Assembly: GCA_039591795.1 (NCBI GenBank)
Contig: JBDHCY010000025.1
Location: 1-51,114, forward strand
Length of the DNA stretch: 51,114 nucleotides
Direction of reading: 5' to 3'
From: Gemmatimonadota bacterium
GTDB taxonomy: Bacteria; Gemmatimonadota; Gemmatimonadetes; Gemmatimonadales; GWC2-71-9
In this document: piece after piece, positions 40,195 through 48,601 of the stretch
Layout of the letters: each line of letters begins with the position of its first letter
Position numbering within the stretch: position 1 is the first letter of the stretch
Made by a program: the position numbers and the translations under genes
Notes under the pieces: model-generated
Seen by the model: only the letters and a program-made list of their open reading frames with translations
Database searches by the model: none
What the model was told of the DNA's origin: nothing

Positions 40195-41319
40195 TCAGCG
40201 ACCGTAGCTGATCTCGGTCGGTTTCTCGAAGAACCGCCCTAGACGGGCGGCTTCCGCCTCGATCTTGCCACGGATCGCCTTGGCGATCTTGCCGAACGGC
40301 TCGACCGTGATTGCGATCTTCTTGCCGACCCGCTTGTACGACCACGTCGCGACGGCACGGCCGTTGTGCAGCACCACAGGATAAATCCACCCGGCCTTGC
40401 GGTACACCTCTTTGTAGTGCGCAGCGTCGATCAGGTGATCCTTGTCCGCATGCCCCAGGAGATAGGGATCGAAATGCGGGAGGAGATTGACGACGTTCGG
40501 GCTCGCGGGTCGGCGCGCGAGCTGCTGCCGGTCACTCCGGAGCAGCCACCGGCGCTCCCCCCGCACCGAGACCTCGACGAGCTCGTCCTCTAGTGTTTCG
40601 AACGCCGCCTGGGCCTCCTTGACCGACATGCCCGTCCACTTGGCGAAGTCACGGAGCGTCACTGGGCCGTAGCCCTGCACGTAGCGACGAAGCAGGTGCG
40701 CGGCAGCCTCGCGCGCGGGAACCGACGGCAGTTCCGGGAGCCATTGGTCGACCAAGATCAACGTGGACTCCGGACCTCGCTCGGGACCGTAGCACACTTG
40801 GCCGGCAATGACTGCCTGTCGCACTACCCCCCACCAGCTCAGCTCGAACCATGCTCGCGCCTTCTTGCTCACTTTCACGCGACCGAGGACGTGCTGGCTC
40901 AGCTCGCGCCGCACCATCGGACCGTCGGCGAGTGCCTGGAGCACGGACTCCGTCACGAGGGCAACATCTCTGGCGGTCACGCCGTATCGCGCGAGGATTC
41001 GACGATCGGCCTGGACTCGGGTCGCCTTCAGGGCACTGATGTAGAAGGGATAGTCGTCTGTCGTGATGAGATGGAGGGTGCCCCGCATCGCGTACGTCTT
41101 GACGAGCGTGCGGTCGCGCCACAACGCGCGGTGGATGTCGTCACGTGTGATCCCGGGCACTCTGGCCCAGAGCTGGAGCGCCGCGGCGGACGTCACCTGT
41201 GCGTGAATGGCGCACACGTCGCGCGCGACGGCGGTGATCGACGAGCCGCGGCGCCGCGCCAGATGATGCCGGCGCAATCGGAAGACGGCGACCTGTGATG
41301 GAGTCACTGAGTGTTTCAT
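40195..41319 (-). CDS. AlkZ/YcaQ-like winged-helix DNA glycosylase family protein (HTH_42)
   Basis: AGGAG SD; AIHAQ, LWARV, MRGTLHL, YGPVTLRDFAKWTG, LLPHFDPYLLG. Confidence 0.88.
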   Translation of the reverse strand: MKHSVTPSQVAVFRLRRHHLARRRGSSITAVARDVCAIHAQVTSAAALQLWARVPGITRDDIHRALWRDRTLVKTYAMRGTLHLITTDDYPFYISALKATRVQADRRILARYGVTARDVALVTESVLQALADGPMVRRELSQHVLGRVKVSKKARAWFELSWWGVVRQAVIAGQVCYGPERGPESTLILVDQWLPELPSVPAREAAAHLLRRYVQGYGPVTLRDFAKWTGMSVKEAQAAFETLEDELVEVSVRGERRWLLRSDRQQLARRPASPNVVNLLPHFDPYLLGHADKDHLIDAAHYKEVYRKAGWIYPVVLHNGRAVATWSYKRVGKKIAITVEPFGKIAKAIRGKIEAEAARLGRFFEKPTEISYGR

Positions 41320-41463
41320 AGCCGGTCTCCTCTCACGTGCGGCGAACTAACCTAGCTGTGCTCATCCACGCTAGGGCTGCGCCCTCGTCCGGCAACAGTG
41401 TCGTTGACTCCAGTCGAGGCGGCCGTTTGGGTTTTGTCACCCTGCGGAGATCACACGTTCGAG

Positions 41464-41964
41464 TCAACTGATCACCGCAAACAGCGTCACGACCCCGATC
41501 ACGAGCCCCAGGGCGACCTTGAGGGCGGCTGCGGCGGCGCGGCCCAGCACCGCACCCCAACCGGCACCCACGACTTGGCCGAGCGAGCGTGATGCGGTGA
41601 ACTCGAAGAGGGCCGCACCGACGAAGGCACCGAGAAACGCACCGATGACACTTCCTACGAGAGGCACAGGGACTCCGAGCGCAGCACCCACGAGCCCGCC
41701 CACCAGAGCACCCCACCCCGCCCGGCTCGACGCACCGTACCGGCGGGCCAACCGGAATCCGAGCCATGCCTCCAGAACTTCGCCCACGAACGCCAAGCCA
41801 ATCGCTACCGAGATCGTCGCAACGCCCACCGTGCGGAACTCTGTCAGCCAACCGTAGCCGACCACCCCGAGCGCCATGAGCCACAGCCCCGGCAGCCCGA
41901 ATGGGACGAGTGCCAGGCCAGCAAGGAACGCCGTGATCAGCAGGCCGATTGCGACGATGTCCAC
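41464..41964 (-). CDS. DUF456 family membrane protein (start GTG 41964 or TTG 41970)
   Basis: PFGLPGLWL, ARRYGASSRAGWGALVGG, IGAFLGAFVGA; Gly-rich TM helices. Confidence 0.85.
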   Translation of the reverse strand: MDIVAIGLLITAFLAGLALVPFGLPGLWLMALGVVGYGWLTEFRTVGVATISVAIGLAFVGEVLEAWLGFRLARRYGASSRAGWGALVGGLVGAALGVPVPLVGSVIGAFLGAFVGAALFEFTASRSLGQVVGAGWGAVLGRAAAAALKVALGLVIGVVTLFAVIS

Positions 41965-42129
41965 GATCAAGGAGACGCTAACCCTCCGTTGATTCCATGT
42001 GCTCAGAATCGTGGCCAAGATGTGATCTGACACCGCGCCATGCCAGCGCGCGGCGCCAGCGCGCCTCCATGGACACGCTCGTACCTGCATGCCACCTTTG
42101 CCGACGTCAATCTACGCCAGAGTCACCCC

Positions 42130-43374
42130 ATGACACCTGACGACGTGCCCTCCGACCGAAGGCCGTTCGACGCCGGTGTGCTCTCTCGCCGAAGCCTGCT
42201 GAAGGCCGCCATGGCGGTGCCCGTTCTGCCCCGTGTTCGCTTCCGGCAGCAAGGAACGCATGTCGCCGTGATCGGCGCCGGCGCGTTCGGAGGCTGGACC
42301 GCCCTGCAGCTCCTGCGGCGGGGCGCCCGGGTGACGCTGGTCGACGCCTGGGGGCCGGGGAACGCGCGCGCCAGCTCCGGCGGCGAGACCCGAGTGATCC
42401 GAGGCATCTACGGCAACAATCGCATCTACGTGGAGATGGTCGTCCGCGCATTGCAGCTCTGGCGGGAGGCCGAGGCGCGGTGGGGCGGGACGCTGTATCG
42501 GCGACTGGGCGCACTGTGGATGACCTCGCGGAACGACCCGTACGTCGACAATGCGCTCCCACTGCTGCGCCAGACCGGGATGCGTGTCGACGACCTCTCG
42601 CTGGCCGACGCCAGCGCCCGGTTCCCGCAGGTGAACTTCGAGGGCGTGGAACGCATCGTGTACGAGCGGGAGGCAGGATACCTCCGCGCGCGCCTCGCCT
42701 GCGAGTTGGTGCTGCGTTGGTTCATCGGAGAGGGAGGCGAGTACCGGCAGCGACGGGCCACACCGGGACAACTCGTGGGCGATGGCATGGATGCCATGCA
42801 GCTCTCGGATGGCTCCACCCTGACGGCCGATCAGTACGTCTTTGCGTGCGGGCCGTGGCTCGGGACCCTATTCCCCGACGTCATCGGAGAACGCATCGCC
42901 CCGACTCGACAAGAGGTGTTCTACTTCGGAGCGCCGGCTGGCGACCCGCGGTTCGTCGAAGAGCAGATGCCTGTCTGGATCGACAACGGGGCACGGCTCT
43001 ACTATGGCATCCCCGGAAACCAGTGGCGCGGCTTCAAGCTGGCCGACGACACGCGCGGCGGGTCGTTCGACCCAACCGACGGAGACCGCACTGCGAGTGC
43101 CGAGGCGCTCGAGTCGGCCCGCGAGTACCTCAGCTTCAGGTTCCCGGCGCTGGTGGACGCACCTCTCGTCGAGGCCAGAGTGTGCCAGTACGAGGACAGC
43201 CCCGACGGTCACTTCATCGTCGACCGGCACCCGTGGGCCGAGAACGTGTGGCTCGTCGGAGGGGGCTCTGGACACGGCTTCAAGCATGGCCCGGCGCTCG
43301 GCGAATACGTAGCGCAACTCGTCTTGAGCCAGCGGGACGTGAACCCGTTCTTCGGATTGTCGCGGCTCGGATGA
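42130..43374 (+). CDS. FAD-dependent oxidoreductase, monomeric sarcosine oxidase/SolA-like, Tat-like N-terminus
   Basis: VIGAGAFG, SSGGETRVIR, VCQYEDSPDGHFIVD, GSGHGFKHGPALG; SRRSLLK. Confidence 0.9.
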   Translation: MTPDDVPSDRRPFDAGVLSRRSLLKAAMAVPVLPRVRFRQQGTHVAVIGAGAFGGWTALQLLRRGARVTLVDAWGPGNARASSGGETRVIRGIYGNNRIYVEMVVRALQLWREAEARWGGTLYRRLGALWMTSRNDPYVDNALPLLRQTGMRVDDLSLADASARFPQVNFEGVERIVYEREAGYLRARLACELVLRWFIGEGGEYRQRRATPGQLVGDGMDAMQLSDGSTLTADQYVFACGPWLGTLFPDVIGERIAPTRQEVFYFGAPAGDPRFVEEQMPVWIDNGARLYYGIPGNQWRGFKLADDTRGGSFDPTDGDRTASAEALESAREYLSFRFPALVDAPLVEARVCQYEDSPDGHFIVDRHPWAENVWLVGGGSGHGFKHGPALGEYVAQLVLSQRDVNPFFGLSRLG

Positions 43375-44846
43375 GTCCCGCCCGAGGGCTCTGCTGCGTG
43401 GTGGCCGCGACGCTTGTCGGCGCGTGCCAAGGCCCGCCCAACGACATCCCCCCCAACGACGTCGTCCCCACGGCCTTGCAGGTCGAGTACCAGCGGATGG
43501 AATTCATCGGCTTCGTGCACTTCACCGTCAACACGTTCACGGACAGGGAGTGGGGGTACGGCGACGAGTCTCCCGACGTGTTTCAACCCACACAATTCGA
43601 CGCCGGCCAGTGGGCATCGGTGGCCGCAGAGGTCGGCATGAGGGAGCTGATTCTCACGGCCAAGCATCACGACGGGTTCACCCTCTGGCCTTCGGCCCAT
43701 ACTGAACACTCCGTCGAGCACAGCTCGTGGAAGAACGGCGCGGGCGACGTTGTTGGAGCATTCGCCGCCGCTGCCCGCGACCACGGCGTCCGAGTCGGGT
43801 TCTATCTCTCTCCCTGGGACCGCAACCACGCGGACTACGGTCGGCCCGAGTACCTCGTGTATTTCCGCAACCAGCTCCGCGAGCTGCTGACCCAGTACGG
43901 ACCGGTCACGGAGATCTGGCTCGACGGGGCCAACGGCGGAACGGGGTACTACGGCGGTGCCGACGAGGAGCGACGCATCGACCGAGAGACGTATTACGAA
44001 TGGCGGGAGACCTGGGAGCTCATCAAGTCGCTGCAGCCAAGGACGCTGCTCTTCTCCGATGCCGGGCCGGATATCCGATGGATCGGCAACGAGCACGGGT
44101 TCGCGGGAGAAACCAACTGGTCGACGATCGACGCTGAGGGGATCGTCGTGGGGGCCGCCGACGGAGCGTACCTCAACACTGGAGACCCAGAGGGACGTCA
44201 GTGGCTCGTCCCGCTGTGCAACACGTCGATCCGACCCGGCTGGTTCTACCACGCGGCAGAGGACGATCGAGTCAAGACGCCCCAGGAGCTGCTGGAGGTG
44301 TACTACCGCTCGGTGGGGCGAAACTGCGTGCTGCTGCTCAACGTTCCCCCCGACGAGCGCGGACTATTTCACGAGAACGACGTTGCCGTGCTGCAGGAAT
44401 TCCGACGCATTCTCGATGAGACGTTCGACGTCAGCCTGGCCAGACACAAGGCGGTCGAGGCTGACAACGTCCGCGGTGGACACGCGATGTTCAGTCCCTC
44501 GAACATCGTGGACGATGACCTGGATTCCTACTGGGCCGCCGAGGATGGCATCCGCCGGGCAACGCTGGAGATCGATCTCGGCGAGCCCACGTACTTCGAC
44601 CGTGTCATGCTCCAGGAGCCGATTCGTTTCGGGCAACGCATCTCGGCGTTCACCGTCGCCGTCCGCACGGGCGGGGAGTGGACGTCTGTCGCGTCGGGAA
44701 CGACCATCGGATACAAGCGGTTGCTTCGGATCGACGGCGTCGAGGCCGATCGTGTCCGCCTCCAAATCGAGCGGGCCAACAACGTGCCGGCACTGTCCAA
44801 CTTCGGACTGTTTAGATCCTCGCCCGGGGAGCGTGTCGGCTCATGA
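43371..44846 (+). CDS. Alpha-L-fucosidase (GH29) lipoprotein with C-terminal F5/8 type C (CBM32-like) domain
   Basis: ATGA overlap; VGAC lipobox; FVHF, TAKHHDGF, YLSPWD, IWLDGA, IRPGWFYH, LLNVPP, TIGYKR. Confidence 0.93.
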   Translation: MSPARGLCCVVAATLVGACQGPPNDIPPNDVVPTALQVEYQRMEFIGFVHFTVNTFTDREWGYGDESPDVFQPTQFDAGQWASVAAEVGMRELILTAKHHDGFTLWPSAHTEHSVEHSSWKNGAGDVVGAFAAAARDHGVRVGFYLSPWDRNHADYGRPEYLVYFRNQLRELLTQYGPVTEIWLDGANGGTGYYGGADEERRIDRETYYEWRETWELIKSLQPRTLLFSDAGPDIRWIGNEHGFAGETNWSTIDAEGIVVGAADGAYLNTGDPEGRQWLVPLCNTSIRPGWFYHAAEDDRVKTPQELLEVYYRSVGRNCVLLLNVPPDERGLFHENDVAVLQEFRRILDETFDVSLARHKAVEADNVRGGHAMFSPSNIVDDDLDSYWAAEDGIRRATLEIDLGEPTYFDRVMLQEPIRFGQRISAFTVAVRTGGEWTSVASGTTIGYKRLLRIDGVEADRVRLQIERANNVPALSNFGLFRSSPGERVGS

Positions 44847-45077
44847 TTCCCTGTTCCGGAGATGTGCGAAGCCTGACTCGTCCCCCAGCATCTGCTCGTC
44901 CACCCACTGATCGATGATACTCCGACGAAAGCGCCACTCTTTTCCCAGCTTGGCAGCTGGGATGCGCTTTTCCTGCGCCCACTTGTAGATCGTCTGCGGC
45001 TTGAGACGAAGGTAGGCGGCGACTTCTTCGAGCGTGAGGATCTCGTTGTCCCCCACCCGACCGCGGCGGTCGGTCAT
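44841..45077 (-). CDS. Small HTH_17 (excisionase/BldC-like) DNA-binding protein
   Basis: LTLEEVAAYLRL...TIYKWA...IPAAKLGKEWRF; ATGA-coupled to the upstream gene. Confidence 0.9.
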   Translation of the reverse strand: MTDRRGRVGDNEILTLEEVAAYLRLKPQTIYKWAQEKRIPAAKLGKEWRFRRSIIDQWVDEQMLGDESGFAHLRNRES

Positions 45078-45898
45078 CGTCTCGCCGGCGGGGTGTCTGG
45101 TGCGCTGTCAGGCACGTCCTGTAGCAGGCCCTCGATCGACGACCCACGGTCTGTCGGCGGGGCTACCGGCTCCTCGGCGCCGCGCGCAAGCTCGTTCAGG
45201 GAGTAGATGATCGCTGCGTAGAAATTCCCCTCGTAGTCGCGCGTGATCGTAAACGGTGCGTCCCGCTCTCCCAGGAAGGGCCGAAGATTCCACGCGACTT
45301 GAATCCCGACGAAGGCGAAGAGCACCGTCCACACGCGCATGATGGTAATCGCCTTCTTGGGGTAGACCCCCCGCTTCTCGCACACGAGCGTGAGGCCGTC
45401 GTGCAGCGCGTACATTCCCAGCAGTCCCGCGGTCAACACGACGATGACGTGCAGCAACTGCAGAAAATGGTAGTTGGCCCCGGTAATGAGAAAGAACACG
45501 CTGATGGGCACGAAGGCGGCGAGCAGAATCGCCGTGAGCGCAAGCGACGCGAGGACGAGAACGAGCACTTGAAGCAGGCGTAAGCGCGAGCCGACGAGTA
45601 TCTGCACGACATAGAACGCGGGGAAGCAGATCCCCAAGGTGACCAGAAGGAGCAGTGGGAGCTTCACCCCGGCCGACACTGCCTGAAGACTCCCCGAGTA
45701 CGCCCCGGCTGCCGCACCGTAGAACGCCGACAGCAAGAGGAGCGTCAGCAGGGAGTGCCGAAGCTTTCCGCCCAGGTCGACCTCCTCGACGACGGCTGTG
45801 AAGAACCGCTCGCGGTCGCTGAGAATCGACGACAGGAAATCCTGGTAGTCGGACGCAGGGGCTGGGGACTGGCTGGGATCCGCCGCTGGGGAGCTCAT
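45074..45898 (-). CDS. Five-TM membrane protein (Yip1-like)
   Basis: Five hydrophobic segments; KLPLL...ICFPAFY and FVGIQVAWNLRPFLG motifs. Confidence 0.8.
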   Translation of the reverse strand: MSSPAADPSQSPAPASDYQDFLSSILSDRERFFTAVVEEVDLGGKLRHSLLTLLLLSAFYGAAAGAYSGSLQAVSAGVKLPLLLLVTLGICFPAFYVVQILVGSRLRLLQVLVLVLASLALTAILLAAFVPISVFFLITGANYHFLQLLHVIVVLTAGLLGMYALHDGLTLVCEKRGVYPKKAITIMRVWTVLFAFVGIQVAWNLRPFLGERDAPFTITRDYEGNFYAAIIYSLNELARGAEEPVAPPTDRGSSIEGLLQDVPDSAPDTPPARR

Positions 45899-45904
45899 GG
45901 GGCC

Positions 45905-46030
45905 GCCAGTGATGTTATTTGATATGATATACTACTGTTTGTTATTGTTTTCTGCAACGCTGCCTTTGAAAAATGCGCCACATACCCTCTGATCAAAGAA
46001 GCCTGCAACCCGTTAACGACATAGGTTGTT
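45905..46030. promoter_or_regulatory. AT-rich divergent promoter region
   Basis: Most AT-rich stretch seen; TGTTATT at 45913 and 45940; several TANNNT candidates. Confidence 0.55.
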
Positions 46031-46069
46031 ACGCCTGCGACACGAGAGGCATCCCCTCGGAGGAGCGGC

Positions 46070-48601
46070 ATGGCCGATAAGGACCCAGACGCCCGACCGT
46101 CCATTGAACCCAAGGAGAACGGCCCGTTTCTCGTCCGCGGGCTCGAGACCTTCTCCAATTCGCGCGGCGATCCGATCCCAACCAAGCGCGTCATGGCGCT
46201 GTGCCGGTGCGGCCAGTCCGGGAACAAGCCGTTCTGCGATGGGACGCACGCCAAGGTCGGGTTCAAGAGCGCCAAGCTCGAGGGCCGGGTCCCCGACCAG
46301 CGGGACGACTACGTCGGCAAGCAGATCACCATCCACGACAACCGGGGCATCTGCTCTCACGCCGGCTTCTGCACCGATTGCCTGGCGTCAGTCTGGCGCA
46401 TGCGCACGGAGCCGTGGATCGACCCCGATGGCGCCTCGGTTGAGCACATCGTCGAGACGATCAAGAAGTGTCCGTCCGGCGCGCTCAGCTATTCGATCGA
46501 TGGCGTCGAGTATCGCGATCAGGACCGCGAGCCGGAAGTCCAAGTATCGAAAGACGGGCCGTATCGGGTGCGGGGGTTCGTCGAGCTCAAAAACACCGAA
46601 CGGCTCGAGGGGACCTCGGAAGAGCACTACGCCCTCTGCCGCTGTGGCTGCTCCAAGAACAAACCGTTCTGTGACGGGACGCACTGGTACGTGAAGTTCG
46701 CCGACGACGAGCGTGGCACGATGGCCGGGGCCGACGTCGCCACGACCCAATCCAAGTGGTATCGCGTCGCCGATGTCGACGAGTTGCAGGACGGGCAGGT
46801 CAAAGCTGTCACGGCCGGCGCCAGAGTCGTCGCGCTGACCCGCGCAGATGGAAAGTACGGTGCGCTGGACGGCAAATGCCCCCACCAAGGCGGCCCACTC
46901 GGCGAGGGTGCCATCGAACAGGGGACGCTGCGTTGCCCGTGGCACGGGTGGGACTTCGACCCACTGACCGGCGCGTCGGCCGACGAGAGCCATCAAGGGG
47001 TCGATACCTTCGACGTCGAGGTGCGCGACGATGGGGTGTACGTCGCCATCGACGAGCCGGTCAGCCAACGCCGCACCGTCAGCGACCTGATGGCCGAGAC
47101 GATGGTCAACTGGGGCGTCGAGCATGTCTTCGGCATGGTGGGCCACTCGAACTTGGGCCTGGCAGATGCCATCCGGGTGCAGGAACAGAAGGGGAAACTC
47201 ACCTACTTCGGCATTCGGCACGAGGGAGCGGCTGCGTTCGCCTGCTCCGCCTACGCCAAACTGAGCGGGAAGCCCGCGGCGTGCCTCACGATTGCTGGGC
47301 CCGGTGCCACCAACCTTCTTACCGGCCTCTGGGACGCACACGTCGATCGGGCACCCGTGCTGGCGTTGACCGGCCAGGTGAACACGCAGGTGCTCGGCCC
47401 GGGCGCGTTCCAGGAGATCGACCAAGCGTCCGCGTTCGAGGCCGTGTCCACGTGGAGCCAGACGGTGCTGCACACCAGCAGCCATGCCGAGCTGATGAGC
47501 CTGGCGCTCAAGCATGCGCTGGTGGAGCGCGGCGTGGCGCATCTCATCTTCCCGGACGAGGTCCAGGTGCTCCCCGCCCCGGATGACGCCAAGCCGTCCG
47601 GCCCCGACGGGCGCCTCGGCAATCCCGGCATCACTCCGGCCCAAGACTCGCTCGACCGCGTGCTGGAGCTGGTCGGCGACGCCAAGCGTCCGACGATCAT
47701 CGCCGGATACGGCGCGCGCACGGCGATGGACGAGGTCACGGCACTCGCCGACGCCCTGAACGCTCCCGTACTTACCACGTTCAAGGGCAAAGGGCAGATT
47801 CCGGACGACCATCCGCTGGCCGCCGGGGTGCTGGGCCGGAGCGGCACACCGATCGCGAGCTGGTTCATGAACGAGGCCGATCTCCTGCTGGTCTTCGGCG
47901 CCTCGTTCTCACATCACACCGGAATCGACGAGCACAAGCCGATCGTGCAAGTCGACCTGGATCAAATGACGCTGGGCAAGTTCCACCCGGTGACCGTTCC
48001 CGTGTGGGGAGAGATCGCCATCACCGCGTCACTCCTGCGAGGGCATTTGCCAGCCCAGCTCCAGGCCGTCGACAGCCGGCCCGACGTGGCCGAGCGCTGG
48101 GCACTATGGCGTGCCGAAAAGGAGCGACGGATGGCGAAGGATCGTGGTGAGGGTCTCAACTCCGCGATCATCTTCGCGGCGCTCACCCGGCAAGCGCCCG
48201 AGAACGCGGTGATCGCCGTGGACGTGGGCAACAATACCTACTCGTTCGGACGATACTTCGAGTGCAAGCGACAGTCGGTCTTGATGTCGGGATATCTCGG
48301 CTCGATCGGGTTTGCCTTGCCGGCGGCGATCGGCGCCTGGGCCGCGTACGACATGAACATCACCCACATCCTGCTCAACAACTCCGAGCTCGGCAAGATT
48401 TCCAAGGAGCAACGCGACGGCGAGTGGCCGGTCTGGCAGACCTCGTTGCACAATCCGAACTTCGCCGAGTTCGCGAACCTGTGTGGAGGCTACGGGGCGC
48501 GGGTCACGAATGCCGAGCAGCTCGACGAGGCGATGGCCGCGGCCATCGCGTACGAGGGTCCGGCACTGGTCGAGATCATGGCGGACCCCGAGCTCATCTG
48601 A
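46070..48601 (+). CDS. CDGSH - 4Fe-4S(Fer4_19-like) - CDGSH - Rieske - ThDP-dependent enzyme (pyruvate oxidase/ALS family) fusion; GDG motif missing
   Basis: GGAGGAG SD; CRCG..NKPFCDGTH twice; CSHAGFC...CPSGAL; CPHQ...CPWH; RHEGAAAF, GPGATN, FQEID, LLNN. Confidence 0.9.
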   Translation: MADKDPDARPSIEPKENGPFLVRGLETFSNSRGDPIPTKRVMALCRCGQSGNKPFCDGTHAKVGFKSAKLEGRVPDQRDDYVGKQITIHDNRGICSHAGFCTDCLASVWRMRTEPWIDPDGASVEHIVETIKKCPSGALSYSIDGVEYRDQDREPEVQVSKDGPYRVRGFVELKNTERLEGTSEEHYALCRCGCSKNKPFCDGTHWYVKFADDERGTMAGADVATTQSKWYRVADVDELQDGQVKAVTAGARVVALTRADGKYGALDGKCPHQGGPLGEGAIEQGTLRCPWHGWDFDPLTGASADESHQGVDTFDVEVRDDGVYVAIDEPVSQRRTVSDLMAETMVNWGVEHVFGMVGHSNLGLADAIRVQEQKGKLTYFGIRHEGAAAFACSAYAKLSGKPAACLTIAGPGATNLLTGLWDAHVDRAPVLALTGQVNTQVLGPGAFQEIDQASAFEAVSTWSQTVLHTSSHAELMSLALKHALVERGVAHLIFPDEVQVLPAPDDAKPSGPDGRLGNPGITPAQDSLDRVLELVGDAKRPTIIAGYGARTAMDEVTALADALNAPVLTTFKGKGQIPDDHPLAAGVLGRSGTPIASWFMNEADLLLVFGASFSHHTGIDEHKPIVQVDLDQMTLGKFHPVTVPVWGEIAITASLLRGHLPAQLQAVDSRPDVAERWALWRAEKERRMAKDRGEGLNSAIIFAALTRQAPENAVIAVDVGNNTYSFGRYFECKRQSVLMSGYLGSIGFALPAAIGAWAAYDMNITHILLNNSELGKISKEQRDGEWPVWQTSLHNPNFAEFANLCGGYGARVTNAEQLDEAMAAAIAYEGPALVEIMADPELI

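Noticed and set aside
43434-43463. 15-nt duplication (PPNDI/PPNDV) in the fucosidase
   Set aside because: A trivial duplication in the lipoprotein linker.
44841-45077. Prophage or ICE excisionase marking a mobile element
   Set aside because: No integrase, tRNA, att repeats or phage genes nearby; stand-alone HTH_17 genes are common.
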